A stretch of 64,000 nt of DNA from Actinomycetota bacterium (GCA_003599235.1 QZJE01000003.1:3779-67778); one strand, 5' to 3'; shown: positions 11,025 to 20,991, numbered from the stretch's first letter. Numbers and translations: made by a program. Notes: generated by a model not told the origin, from the letters alone.

Positions 11025-12323
11025 TCATCCCTTATCCCTTGTCCCTGCTTGAGTAGCTAGCCAGTCAAGCGTCTTACTATAACGCAAGTTGGTTCTTAAA
11101 TAATCAATTAATCCTTTTGCTTCTAATTCTTTTTTGACCTTGTCTAAATCTTGATCTTTAGCAAACTTCTTTACTTCTGCATCTACTTCTTCATCAGTAG
11201 GCTCAATATTTTCTTTTTCCGAAATGGCCTCAAGGACCAAGTTCTCCTTAACTGTTGATTCTGCTTGTTTATCAAACTTCTTTAATATATCAGCTTCAGA
11301 GGTGCCGGTTGCTTTTTGATATTGCTCCAACGAAGCACCTTGATTGCGCAGGCTTAAGTCAAATTCATTGGCTAATCTCTTAGCCATATCATCAATCATT
11401 ACCTTTGGAATACTGATTTTAGCTTGTTCACTTACCTCTTTTAAAACCTCTGCTTTATACTCTGCCTCGGCTTTTTTATCCATCTGTTCTCTAAGCTGTA
11501 CTTTTATTTCTTTTTTTAACTCATCTAAGTTTTTGTACTCACCTAATTGTTTTACAAAATCTTCGTTTAACTCCGGTAATTTTTTGACTTTAACTTCTTT
11601 TATAAACACCCGGAAATTAGCTATTTTCCCTGCTAAATCTTCTTTCGGATAGTCTTTGGGGAAAGTTATTTTAATATCTTTTATTTCACCGGCCTTGCTG
11701 CCTACAAGCTGCTCCTCAAAACCCGGAACCATTGTCTTTGAGCCAAGCCCTAACAAATAATCTTTAGCAGAGCCACCCTCAAAAGCTTTTCCGTTAATTG
11801 TGCCATCGAAGTTAATTAATAAATAATCCTGCTGCTGGGCAACTTTATTTTTAGCTACCTCTAGATTAGCAAATTTGTCTCTAATCATCTGAAGCTGGGC
11901 ATCTATATCTTTTTGTTCAACCTTTGAAAGTTTCTTTTTAGTTTTAAGTTGCTTATAATTTCCTAGCTTTACCTTTGGCTTAACCTCCACAGTAGCTGTA
12001 AACTTCAAAGGTTTTTCTTCAGCCATTTCTTGGATTTCAATATTGGGAGAATTAACAGGCACAATTCCTGTTTCTTCTACCGCTTGAATATAAAACTTTC
12101 CTAAATCATCACGCAGAGCCTGTTCTAAGACAGCTCCTTTGCCAAATTGAGTGTCTATTACTTTGGGAGGAACTTTTCCTTGGCGAAATCCCGGGATTTT
12201 AGCCTTTTTAGACAAAGCACGGTAAGCCGCTTCAATAGATTCTTTGACTTGCTCTATTGGTATTTCGACCTGTATTTCGACCTTATTTTCTTCTATTTCT
12301 TTTACTTGTGTTTTGATTGTCAT
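11025..12323 (-). CDS. tig: Trigger factor
   Basis: [10 protein letters not shown] signature, FKBP domain; real start ATG 12323 after AGGAG (ORF-track extension is the tRNA). Confidence 0.96.
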   Translation of the reverse strand: MTIKTQVKEIEENKVEIQVEIPIEQVKESIEAAYRALSKKAKIPGFRQGKVPPKVIDTQFGKGAVLEQALRDDLGKFYIQAVEETGIVPVNSPNIEIQEMAEEKPLKFTATVEVKPKVKLGNYKQLKTKKKLSKVEQKDIDAQLQMIRDKFANLEVAKNKVAQQQDYLLINFDGTINGKAFEGGSAKDYLLGLGSKTMVPGFEEQLVGSKAGEIKDIKITFPKDYPKEDLAGKIANFRVFIKEVKVKKLPELNEDFVKQLGEYKNLDELKKEIKVQLREQMDKKAEAEYKAEVLKEVSEQAKISIPKVMIDDMAKRLANEFDLSLRNQGASLEQYQKATGTSEADILKKFDKQAESTVKENLVLEAISEKENIEPTDEEVDAEVKKFAKDQDLDKVKKELEAKGLIDYLRTNLRYSKTLDWLATQAGTRDKG

Positions 12324-12331
12324 CAACTCCT

Positions 12332-12406
12332 TGGAGCGGGTGAAGGGACTTGAACCCTCGACCTTCTCGTTGGCAACGAGACGTTCTACCGCTGAACTAC
12401 ACCCGC
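12332..12406 (-). tRNA. tRNA-Gly (GCC)
   Basis: GCGGGTGTAGTTCAGCGGTAGAACGTCTCGTTGCCAACGAGAAGGTCGAGGGTTCAAGTCCCTTCACCCGCTCCA cloverleaf, encoded CCA. Confidence 0.96.
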
Positions 12407-12707
12407 CAGTCGCATAAACCATTTTGACGCTATGCAGCCCAGCTGCCTAACTTCCGTTTTATCTAGACGCCTGGGCGCAAACAAGAAAAATCGACGGCCT
12501 TAAACCCCAAAACATTACTGCAAAATCGGCGGGCTAAGCAGTCGATGCCAGAATTATAACACTAGTAGTACAAAAAATCCAACATTATTAGCAAATACTG
12601 GTTTTGCCTGTTCACAAGGGTAAGCTTTTTTAATTATTAAGTAAAAAAAAGATTAATATATTGTTTCAAGAGTTTAGCAACTATAACCCTCTGGTATAGG
12701 TTTATAG

Positions 12708-13625
12708 TTATATCATACTTAGGTAGCGTTCACCGGTATCTGGTAACATGGTTATTACAGATTTTCCCCTACCAAGCTTAGACGCAATTTCATTGGCTGC
12801 CCAGACTGCAGCTCCTGAGGATATTCCTACTAAAAGCCCTTCTTCTTTGGCCAACCTTCTTGCCATGTTAAAAGCATCTTCATCTTCAACCGTGACAATT
12901 TCGTCAATAATACTTTGGTTGAGTACCGCCGGAATAAAGCCGGCACCGATGCCCTGAATACGGTGGCGCCCCGGTTGACCACCCGATAACACCGGAGATG
13001 CTTTAGGTTCGACGGCAATTATTTTAATTTTAGGATTAATGCCTTTTAATACTTCTCCTACTCCGGTAATGGTGCCGCCTGTTCCTACCCCACCTATAAA
13101 AGCATCTATTTTACCGTCAGTTGCTGCCAATATTTCTTGAGCTGTTGTTTGGCGGTGAACTTCAGGATTTGCCGGATTGTTAAATTGCTGGGGCATATAA
13201 TAAGCTGGGTTTTTCTGTACCAACTCCTCTGCTTTTTCTACCGCCCCTGCCATACCCTTATCGGCAGGTGTCAATACTAGTTCGGCTCCATAAGCCTTAA
13301 GAAGTCCTCTTCTTTCCACACTCATAGTCTCAGGCATAGTCAATACCAGTTTATATCCCTTAACAGCGGCTACTACCGATAAACCGATACCCGTATTGCC
13401 GCTTGTCGGTTCAATGATAGTGCCCCCAGCTGATATCTGATTAAGCTCTTCAGCAGCTTCAATCATGCTCAAAGAAATACGATCTTTAACGCTTCCACCG
13501 GGATTATATGACTCTACTTTAGCCAATATACTTGCGTTATCCTTATTGCCAATAGCATTTATATTAACAATAGGGGTGTTGCCTATTAATTCTATTGATC
13601 TCTTTGCTAAATCAGGCTTTGACAT
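12708..13625 (-). CDS. cysK: Cysteine synthase A
   Basis: [12 protein letters not shown] lysine, PTSGNTG, GTGGT, HRIQGIG. Confidence 0.95.
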   Translation of the reverse strand: MSKPDLAKRSIELIGNTPIVNINAIGNKDNASILAKVESYNPGGSVKDRISLSMIEAAEELNQISAGGTIIEPTSGNTGIGLSVVAAVKGYKLVLTMPETMSVERRGLLKAYGAELVLTPADKGMAGAVEKAEELVQKNPAYYMPQQFNNPANPEVHRQTTAQEILAATDGKIDAFIGGVGTGGTITGVGEVLKGINPKIKIIAVEPKASPVLSGGQPGRHRIQGIGAGFIPAVLNQSIIDEIVTVEDEDAFNMARRLAKEEGLLVGISSGAAVWAANEIASKLGRGKSVITMLPDTGERYLSMI

Positions 13626-13714
13626 TATTCTCCTTATGTATTTTTCCTATCGGATTAATGGGTTTTAATTATACCATAAAACATCTATTTTATAAATTCT
13701 CAATAATCACCGAT

Positions 13715-14515
13715 TTAAACTAAGTCAATATTAGTAGCATGTTCATGGTCTACAAGCCCAGTAATGGACTTAGTCCCGCACAATGGACACTTTGGATCTT
13801 TTCTGACATTAACCTTGGTAAACTCCATATGCAGTGTATCAATCGAGAGTAACTTGCCAACCAGAGGACGGCCTACGCCGGTAATTAGCTTAAGCGTTTC
13901 GGTAGCCATAATGGTCCCTACTATCCCTGGCACCGAACCGATTAGTCCTGCTAATGATGGATCAGACTGTTTAGATGGTGCCGGTGGCTGATGGTAGATG
14001 CACCGATAACAAGGACCTTCGTTAGGCTTGATAGTAGTAACCGAGCCATCAAACCTAAAAATAGCTCCGTGCACTAAAGGTTTGCCGGCAAAATAAGCAG
14101 CATCATTTAGCAAAAAGCGCGCCGGAAAGTTATCTGTGCAATCTACAATGATGTCATAGTTTGCAACCAACTCTTCTACGTTTTGTGCTAAAGCCTTTTG
14201 CTGATAAGTAATCACATTAACATTGGGATTTAGCTTTTTTAACTTGTCTTTAGCTGATAGAGTTTTTTCTTTGCCGATATCATCGGTAAAATGCAGTATC
14301 TGCCTTTGGAGATTACTGGCATCTACTACATCGGCATCAACAATTCCCAGTGTTCCAACACCTGCTGCTGCCAAATAAAAGTCTACCGGTGACCCAAGGC
14401 CTCCGGTGCCTACCACTAATACCTTAGCATCCTTTATTTTTTTCTGGCCAGCTTCACCAATTTCCGGCAAGATAAAATGCCTGGCATAACGTTCCTTTTC
14501 GTCACTATTAAACAT
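13715..14515 (-). CDS. MoeB/ThiF-family adenylyltransferase (no rhodanese domain)
   Basis: RYARH, GTGGLG, SNLQRQ, PCYRC, CPLC. Confidence 0.92.
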   Translation of the reverse strand: MFNSDEKERYARHFILPEIGEAGQKKIKDAKVLVVGTGGLGSPVDFYLAAAGVGTLGIVDADVVDASNLQRQILHFTDDIGKEKTLSAKDKLKKLNPNVNVITYQQKALAQNVEELVANYDIIVDCTDNFPARFLLNDAAYFAGKPLVHGAIFRFDGSVTTIKPNEGPCYRCIYHQPPAPSKQSDPSLAGLIGSVPGIVGTIMATETLKLITGVGRPLVGKLLSIDTLHMEFTKVNVRKDPKCPLCGTKSITGLVDHEHATNIDLV

Positions 14516-14533
14516 ATTTTCACCCCCCTGTAT

Positions 14534-14806
14534 TTATCCTCCGGCAACTGCCGGGATTATCGATATTTGATCATCCGAGGTTAAACCCGTACTCAAGCCA
14601 TCTAAAAAGCGCACGTCTTCTTCATTAACATAAATGTTGATAAAACGCCTCAACTCACCGCTTTCATCCAAAAGCCTTTCTTTGATTCCCGGATAAGCTT
14701 CCTCTAAAGCATCGATTACCTGACTTAGGGTAGCCCCTTGTGCCTCGACTTGCTTGCTTCCATTGGTTAGACCCTCTAAGGCGGATGGAATCCTTACCTG
14801 AGCCAT
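14534..14806 (-). CDS. MoaD/CysO-like ubiquitin-fold sulfur carrier protein
   Basis: RRFINIYVNEEDVRFLDGL, C-terminal AVAGG. Confidence 0.93.
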   Translation of the reverse strand: MAQVRIPSALEGLTNGSKQVEAQGATLSQVIDALEEAYPGIKERLLDESGELRRFINIYVNEEDVRFLDGLSTGLTSDDQISIIPAVAGG

Positions 14807-14816
14807 TTTTTACCTC

Positions 14817-16025
14817 CTATAATATGGTTTCTTTAAAAGACTGAACTGATGGTTTTATTGTCTTCGGATAGTCTATCTTGTGACTAAAAGCCTCTATTGT
14901 TTTCAGCCCCACACCTGTTACATAAGCAACTGTTTCTTCATCAGGCTTAATTTTTTTTGCCTCAACTAGCTTCTTTAAGGTAGCAATGGTTACCCCGCCG
15001 GCAGTCTCAGCAAAAATGCCTTCTGTTCTGGCTAGGAGTTTTACGGCATCTACTATCTCATCATCTGTAACTGATTCAATATATCCCCCGCTCTTCTCAA
15101 CCGCTTTTAATGCATAATATCCGTCGGCAGGGTTACCGATAGCCAGTGATTTAGCAATAGTGTTTGGCTTAACCGGCTTGATATTTAGGCTGCGTGCTTT
15201 AAATGCGGTTGCAACCGGACTGCAGCCTTCTGCTTGAGCCCCGCTTATCTTAGTTGTCGGTTTAGAAATTAAACCCACTTTGCAAAGCTCGTCAAAAGCT
15301 TTATGTATTTTTGTCAACAAAGAGCCAGAAGCAACAGGTACAACAACATGGTCGGGAGTACGCCATCCAAGCTGCTCAGCAGTTTCAAACCCTAGTGTTT
15401 TAGAACCTTCGGCATAATAAGGGCGAATGTTGATATTTACAAAAGCCCAGTCAAACTCACTGCCGATTTCACTGCAAAGACGGTTAACATCGTCATAACT
15501 ACCCTCAACCCCTACTAGGGTAGGACTGTAAACTGCAGAATTAATAACTTTTCCTTCTTCGAGATCCTGCGGGATAAAAATAAAGGCTTTAAAGCCGGCG
15601 AAGGCAGCGTGAGCTGCAACAGAGTTAGCTAAATTTCCAGTTGAAGCACAAGCCACTGTTTTATACCCAAACTCTCTGGCTTTTGTTAGGGCAACGGAGA
15701 CCACCCTGTCTTTAAATGAATAGGTTGGGTTGATTGTATCGTTTTTAATATATAAGCTTTTTAAGCCCAGTTCTTTTGCTAAATTATTGGCTTTTTGTAA
15801 AGGAGAAAACCCAGCTGACAGATCTACTAAGTCATCTGTTGTTACCGGCAATAGCTTTTTATATCGCCAAATCGACTTGGGACCTTGCTCTATTTCTTGC
15901 CTGGATATCTTAATCTTGTCGTATTGATAAGCAACCTCAAGCGGCCCAAAACAAAACTCGCAAACATGAAGAGCTTTAGCCGGATATTGCCTCTTGCATT
16001 CCCTGCAAACCAATCCTTTATACAC
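14817..16025 (-). CDS. Threonine synthase-like PLP enzyme (possible O-phosphohomoserine sulfhydrylase)
   Basis: N-terminal CxxC..CxxC, NPTYSFKDR, ASTGN; fold-type II. Confidence 0.88.
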   Translation of the reverse strand: MYKGLVCRECKRQYPAKALHVCEFCFGPLEVAYQYDKIKISRQEIEQGPKSIWRYKKLLPVTTDDLVDLSAGFSPLQKANNLAKELGLKSLYIKNDTINPTYSFKDRVVSVALTKAREFGYKTVACASTGNLANSVAAHAAFAGFKAFIFIPQDLEEGKVINSAVYSPTLVGVEGSYDDVNRLCSEIGSEFDWAFVNINIRPYYAEGSKTLGFETAEQLGWRTPDHVVVPVASGSLLTKIHKAFDELCKVGLISKPTTKISGAQAEGCSPVATAFKARSLNIKPVKPNTIAKSLAIGNPADGYYALKAVEKSGGYIESVTDDEIVDAVKLLARTEGIFAETAGGVTIATLKKLVEAKKIKPDEETVAYVTGVGLKTIEAFSHKIDYPKTIKPSVQSFKETIL

Positions 16026-16074
16026 TTAGATTCCCTCTTCTCGCTAGGCACCAGGAACAAGGCACTGGGCACCA

Positions 16075-16350
16075 AATTAAAAAACCCCTCTATCCCTTTG
16101 GGACGAGAGGTCTCGTGTTACCACCCAATTTCGCTTAAGCCTCACGGCTTAAGCCTCTGTGAGTACCTTACTCAATACTCTTGCCCATGATATCGGGGGC
16201 CTCCGTCTGGCTCTACTAACCATTAAGGTTTTCTTCCAGAAGCTCAGGGATCATGTTCGCTATAGTTTTTCGTACTCTGCCTCTCAACTTAAAGCAGATT
16301 CTCTGTAATACTACTAAGCCTAAGCTACTCTTTCCCTTCATAGCCATTGC
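16075..16350 (-). promoter_or_regulatory. Transcriptional T-box riboswitch, Met (AUG) specifier
   Basis: GA motif GCTATGAAGGGA/TCCCTGAGC, AGTA..GAACATGA specifier loop, AGAGA bulge, GTTGAGA loop, stem II, T-box AATTGGGTGGTAACACG (16130-16114), terminator hairpin with U-tract. Confidence 0.92.
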
Positions 16351-16368
16351 CTTAATACTTAAGTTGTA

Positions 16369-16397
16369 ATTTTATGGAATACCTTGCCTCTTGTCAA
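16369..16397 (-). promoter_or_regulatory. Sigma70-type promoter of T-box leader
   Basis: TTGACA-17-TAAAAT. Confidence 0.75.
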
Positions 16398-16548
16398 TCA
16401 TCAATGCACTTTCAAATATTTCCTTTATCGTTACTGTTCTTAGTAGATACATTACCTACTTGATAAAGATAGTTATGTTTATGCTTGACTATAACTACTT
16501 TAAGCACTTATAATATTACTAAGAACTTTACAATTCTGCAATTAGGAG

Positions 16549-16923
16549 GTGAGTACATTGAAAAAAACTATTGCCATTTTTCTTGTTGTAACCTTATTTT
16601 TAGCTGTTCTTGCCCCTTTAACAAATGCCTATGCGAAAAATAGAATTTATGGATACGTCTATGTAGGCGGCAAAAGAACAAACGGATTTACGGTTAACTT
16701 TTATAAGAAGAGACCTCCTAGATTTGTTGGCTCAACTATTACTAAGACTCGTTATCGCGTAAGGGGTTATTTTCAAAGCAGGGTTTTGGCTAATGGAGGC
16801 TATGTAGTACGTGTCCCCTACAAAACCAGTAGAGGGATTAGTGCCAAAGTAGCGTCTGCAAAAATCCCCTGCACAAAACCAATATTGATTTATCTGCCAA
16901 GGGGAGCAAGGCCTATCAGATAA
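16549..16923 (+). CDS. Small basic secreted hypothetical protein
   Basis: AGGAGG RBS, signal peptide ending AYA, TTGACT-18-TATAAT upstream, terminator downstream. Confidence 0.75.
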   Translation: MSTLKKTIAIFLVVTLFLAVLAPLTNAYAKNRIYGYVYVGGKRTNGFTVNFYKKRPPRFVGSTITKTRYRVRGYFQSRVLANGGYVVRVPYKTSRGISAKVASAKIPCTKPILIYLPRGARPIR

Positions 16924-16944
16924 TCATATAATGCTATGTTGTAT

Positions 16945-16978
16945 AAAAAATGCCAATCTTAACAGATTGGCATTTTTT
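16945..16978. terminator. Bidirectional intrinsic terminator
   Basis: AAAAAATGCCAATCT-TAAC-AGATTGGCATTTTTT between convergent genes. Confidence 0.85.
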
Positions 16979-18455
16979 ATTTCGCAAAGTTAGATATCAA
17001 GCAATTTGCAATGCAGATAACCAAGCAAAGATAAGGAAAAAAATAACCAAGTGAAACAAAAAATGAGCTCTCTTTAATATACTTAACCTTAGCCTTTAAA
17101 TAACTTCTTTGAAAAAGCTTTGATTTAGCAATTAATTCTCCTTTGTTGTTAGTTGCCCCTGATATACCGGAGTTAGCGGATTGAATAAAATATCGGTCAT
17201 TCTCAATCGCCCTAAAAGCTCCTATTTCAAAGTGCTGGTGGGCTAAGCTGCTTCTTCCAAACCAATTGTCATTAGTGATAGTTATCAGAAGCTCAGCTCC
17301 TTTTTGGGTAACAGCTCTAGCCAGCCCCTGATTTGAAGATTCAGAACATATTAACACCCCTAATTGATGTCCTTGGTTCTTAAATAACTGTAAAGTTGTA
17401 CCTGAGGTTAAGCTTTGGCGCAATGGCTTGACTACGTTTGATATCCAACTTATAGGCAAGGTTTCCCCAAAAGGGACAAGGTATATTTTATCGTAGGGCT
17501 TCTGAAAAACTCGGCCATTAACGAAAAACGCTGAATTATATACTCTTCCCTTCGACTGCCTAAGTGAGCCTAACAAGATAGGATTCCTTTGATTAACAAG
17601 GTTATCACTATAGACATCAAAATACCCCGGCAGGATACTCTCGGGCCAAATCACCAAAGACGAATTCTTAGCACTTGCCTTAATGGTAAGCTTATTAAGA
17701 AAACTTATATTAGTTATTGAATTTACCAAACCAAATTTTTTCTCCAATGAGATATTGGGTTGGATGATTGAAACATTTTGTTTAACTGAAACGGTAGTTT
17801 TATTCAGCCTAAAAAACCCAAACCCTAAAATAACTATCAAAATAATCAGTGTTACCAAAAACGGTTTAAGCATCCTCCTTAGATTCTTTCGATTAAGAAT
17901 GATCAACACCAACGAGTAATTAATCAAGAGAATAATAAAAGAAAGCCCGAATACGCCAATTAGATTTGCTAGTTGAGCAAGGGGCAGAAAAAAGTGAGTT
18001 GTATACCCTAAAACCCCCCAAGCAAAAGCCCATGGCCCAATACTTCTTAAAAACTCAAAAACAACCCAGGCAGCCGGTATCAACAACATAGAGCTTAAGC
18101 TATTTGGACGTAAGTTGTGGATAAAAAAAGCACTAACGGCAAACAGACCAAAGCTTAAGGCCTCAAGGCAAGAAAGTAATATCCATCCCAATATAGCATA
18201 AGCTCCAGCCCACTTTGTTAAGGAAACTAAAAAGAAAGAAACAGATAAAAAGAAAGGAAGACCGCTTAACCAGCCAATAACAAAAGCTTGTTTCATATTT
18301 GTTGCCTTAACTATTGGTATTAGCACCCCTACCAGGCAAAATAAGCTAAGAAACTCTAATGAGTGAAGGTGAAAGGAGAAACTTAAAGTAATACTTGAGA
18401 CTATTGCTATTATTAAAAAAGATATTTTGATTTTTTCTAATCGTACTACATGCAT
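16977..18455 (-). CDS. lnt: Apolipoprotein N-acyltransferase
   Basis: TM N-terminus; WPES, KIYLVPFGE, LICSES, TNDNWFG. Confidence 0.93.
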   Translation of the reverse strand: MHVVRLEKIKISFLIIAIVSSITLSFSFHLHSLEFLSLFCLVGVLIPIVKATNMKQAFVIGWLSGLPFFLSVSFFLVSLTKWAGAYAILGWILLSCLEALSFGLFAVSAFFIHNLRPNSLSSMLLIPAAWVVFEFLRSIGPWAFAWGVLGYTTHFFLPLAQLANLIGVFGLSFIILLINYSLVLIILNRKNLRRMLKPFLVTLIILIVILGFGFFRLNKTTVSVKQNVSIIQPNISLEKKFGLVNSITNISFLNKLTIKASAKNSSLVIWPESILPGYFDVYSDNLVNQRNPILLGSLRQSKGRVYNSAFFVNGRVFQKPYDKIYLVPFGETLPISWISNVVKPLRQSLTSGTTLQLFKNQGHQLGVLICSESSNQGLARAVTQKGAELLITITNDNWFGRSSLAHQHFEIGAFRAIENDRYFIQSANSGISGATNNKGELIAKSKLFQRSYLKAKVKYIKESSFFVSLGYFFPYLCLVICIANCLISNFAK

Positions 18456-18549
18456 AGCAATTTATATCACTTTGGTAATTGTTTATTACTTCTATTTAAA
18501 CAGACAGCTTAATTATGGCAACTTTGATTTATCCACATTATCCACAGGT

Positions 18550-19578
18550 TTACAAAACTAAATTCGCATCCACCGTTGCACTCAGATCAGCATAGTCACT
18601 ATTCTTATATTTGTAGATGGCCGCCGCCGCAATCATAGCCGCATTGTCTGTACATAATACAGAAGGTGGATATACCAGGTTTAGCTCTGTTTTGTTAAGC
18701 GCCAACTTAAAACCTTGTCTTAAGTAAGCATTGGAAGCTACTCCGCCCGCTAAAGCAATTGTTTTTACTTGTTTGGCAACTGCTGCCTTAATAGTCTTGG
18801 TTACTAAAACATCGACTATGGCTTGCTGAAAAGAAGCGCATATATCAGGAACCCTAACCGGTTGGGTTTCTTTTTTGAGTTTATCTATATAATAGACAAC
18901 CGCTGTTTTAATCCCGGAAAAACTAAAATTATAGTCTCGCGAGTCCATCATGGGCCGACTAAACTTAATTGAGGAAGGATCCCCCTTTAATGCTTCTTTT
19001 TCAACTATTGGCCCGCCGGGATAGCCAAGCCCCAGATATTTTGCTACTTTATCATAGGCTTCCCCTGCTGCATCATCTACTGTTTGACCCATTAGCTCAT
19101 ATTTGCCAAAATCTTCTACATACACTAATGAAGTATGGCCGCCAGAAACTACTAAGCATACAAAAGGAAAGTCAAAATCGTCATTGCGAGCAGAAGGCGC
19201 GGCAATCTTATTCAAAAAGTTGGCAAATATATGGCCTTCAATATGATTAAGTGCTATCAGGGGGATATTCTGGGCTAAAGAAATCGATTTGGCAGCCGAT
19301 ATACCAACCAAGAGAGAGCCTACTAACCCGGGGCCTGCCGTACAGGCTACTGCATCAATATCATCAAAGCTCAATCTGGCTTCTTTAATCGCCTCCTCAA
19401 TAACCGGACTTAGCAACTGAAGATGGTGCCTGGATGCAATCTCAGGGACTACCCCGCCATACTTTTGGTGAAATTGTACTTGCGACGAAATGACATTGGA
19501 CAAGATAGAATATTCACTAGTTACCAAAGCAGCACTAGTATCATCGCAACTGGTTTCCAGGCCCAAGATAGTAAACAT
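18550..19578 (-). CDS. tsaD: tRNA t6A threonylcarbamoyltransferase TsaD
   Basis: ETSCDDT, GGVVPEIASRHH, HIEGH, SGGHT, DNAAMIA. Confidence 0.97.
   Translation of the reverse strand: MFTILGLETSCDDTSAALVTSEYSILSNVISSQVQFHQKYGGVVPEIASRHHLQLLSPVIEEAIKEARLSFDDIDAVACTAGPGLVGSLLVGISAAKSISLAQNIPLIALNHIEGHIFANFLNKIAAPSARNDDFDFPFVCLVVSGGHTSLVYVEDFGKYELMGQTVDDAAGEAYDKVAKYLGLGYPGGPIVEKEALKGDPSSIKFSRPMMDSRDYNFSFSGIKTAVVYYIDKLKKETQPVRVPDICASFQQAIVDVLVTKTIKAAVAKQVKTIALAGGVASNAYLRQGFKLALNKTELNLVYPPSVLCTDNAAMIAAAAIYKYKNSDYADLSATVDANLVL
19179..19208. repeat. Half copy of GTCATTGCGAG palindromic repeat inside tsaD
   Basis: CGTCATTGCGAGCAGAAGGCGCGGCAATCT matches intergenic copies at 30257 and 51275. Confidence 0.8.
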
Positions 19579-19587
19579 ACAGTAATT

Positions 19588-20301
19588 CTACTTAAGAAGC
19601 TCTTTTAAATACAGTGCATTCTTTGGAGCGTAGGCATTGTAATCATTATTAAAATAAGAATATATCGAATATTTAGCAGACCACTTTTTTATTTTTTTTG
19701 CCCAAGCACCTAATTCTTTACCTGAATAATTTGAGCCATATAACTCCTTACCACCGTGGAACCTTATATATAAAAAGTCTGCAGTTATTTCATGCTCAAG
19801 AGGCCACCTAGGACTATCAGCAAATACCAAAGCGGCATTGATATTCCTTAACAACTTATATGTGTCATCACTAAACCAGCTAGGATGGCGAAACTCAAAC
19901 GCGTGGCGATAATTTTTTGGCAATGCTTTTAAGAAAACCTCAAGGCGGTTTAAGTCTTTATGAAAATTACTTGGAAGTTGCCATAATACAGGACCGGCTT
20001 TTTCCCCTAAGACAGAAAGGTTATCAAACAGCCGGTTTAGAGGCTTATCTGGATCAATCAACCGTTTATTGTGAGTAATATAGCGGCTTGCCTTTATAGC
20101 AAATACAAAGTTATCAGAAGTATTTTTATTCCAGCCCTCAAATGTTTTTTTGTGTACCAAGCGGTAGAAAGTAACATTTAGCTCAACTGTTTCAAAATGC
20201 TCCTGGTAATATTGAAATGCTTTATTCTTAGCTAAGTTATCAGGATAAAAAGTGTTAAACCAGTGAGGGTAGCTCCACCCCGAAGTCCCTATATATACCA
20301 T
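19588..20301 (-). CDS. DUF72 family protein
   Basis: IGTSGWSY, VELNVTFY, QLP, FEFRHPSW, YIRFHG, YFNND. Confidence 0.92.
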   Translation of the reverse strand: MVYIGTSGWSYPHWFNTFYPDNLAKNKAFQYYQEHFETVELNVTFYRLVHKKTFEGWNKNTSDNFVFAIKASRYITHNKRLIDPDKPLNRLFDNLSVLGEKAGPVLWQLPSNFHKDLNRLEVFLKALPKNYRHAFEFRHPSWFSDDTYKLLRNINAALVFADSPRWPLEHEITADFLYIRFHGGKELYGSNYSGKELGAWAKKIKKWSAKYSIYSYFNNDYNAYAPKNALYLKELLK

Positions 20302-20315
20302 TTAGGATATATACC

Positions 20316-20855
20316 CTAAATGCTTTTAAGAGCCATCTTTCCAACGTTTGCTTTATCAAATTTGAGGTGATCGTTTTCAACTTCCACTAAGGCTACAAAT
20401 ACTTGTCTGACTCTTTTCTCAATAGCCTTGTCTCTAGCTTGCTGATAATGAGCAACAGCTTTTTTTTCGCGTTCCAGTGCTTCTTTGTAATTGTCTAAAT
20501 CATTCTCACTAGCTTTGCCTTTGGGGATATCAGGTTTTTCGATACCCAGAATCTTAGCAATTACTGATGCATGTTCGGACTCAACTCTTGATAGCCTTTT
20601 AAAAATGCTTTTATTCTCCGGGAAAATACTTAGGTCTGCAGCTGCTTGGTAAAAAGCAGTATTAGATATCTCGACTTCTAGAGCAATTTCTAGGTTTTTT
20701 TTGGAAACATCGGTTAGCTTAATACCTTGATCTTTATCCACCCAGTGATCAGCTATTATCATGTTAGGCTCATGAGCACCGCAAAAAGGACAGTTGCCTG
20801 GCCTGCCCACCGCCAAATGGGTTTCTCCGCATATTTTACATCTATACGCTTGCAT
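20316..20855 (-). CDS. Rubredoxin-domain/ferritin-like (reverse rubrerythrin-type) protein
   Basis: MQAYRCKICG..CPFCG then ExxH motifs; AGGAGG RBS before 20855. Confidence 0.88.
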   Translation of the reverse strand: MQAYRCKICGETHLAVGRPGNCPFCGAHEPNMIIADHWVDKDQGIKLTDVSKKNLEIALEVEISNTAFYQAAADLSIFPENKSIFKRLSRVESEHASVIAKILGIEKPDIPKGKASENDLDNYKEALEREKKAVAHYQQARDKAIEKRVRQVFVALVEVENDHLKFDKANVGKMALKSI

Positions 20856-20914
20856 CGATTTCCTCCTAGTTACTGATGTTGGCTTGCCAAGCGAAGCTCC
20901 ACCAGAGCGAAGTT

Positions 20915-20991
20915 TGGCAGGCCAGGAGGGATTCGAACCCCCAACATCCGGTTTTGGAGACCGGCGCTCTGCCAATTGGAGCTACTGGCCT
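20915..20991 (-). tRNA. tRNA-Trp (CCA)
   Basis: AGGCCAGTAGCTCCAATTGGCAGAGCGCCGGTCTCCAAAACCGGATGTTGGGGGTTCGAATCCCTCCTGGCCTGCCA. Confidence 0.96.

Noticed and set aside
12324..12422. N-terminal extension of tig in ORF track
   Set aside because: It is the tRNA-Gly gene read as codons; RBS supports ATG 12323
13715..14806. MoeB/MoaD as thiamine (ThiF/ThiS) or molybdopterin genes
   Set aside because: No thiG or moaE nearby; they lie under a Met T-box with PLP sulfur enzymes, though a shared role cannot be excluded
20856..20975. N-terminal extension of the rubrerythrin-type ORF
   Set aside because: Overlaps tRNA-Trp; AGGAGG precedes ATG 20855
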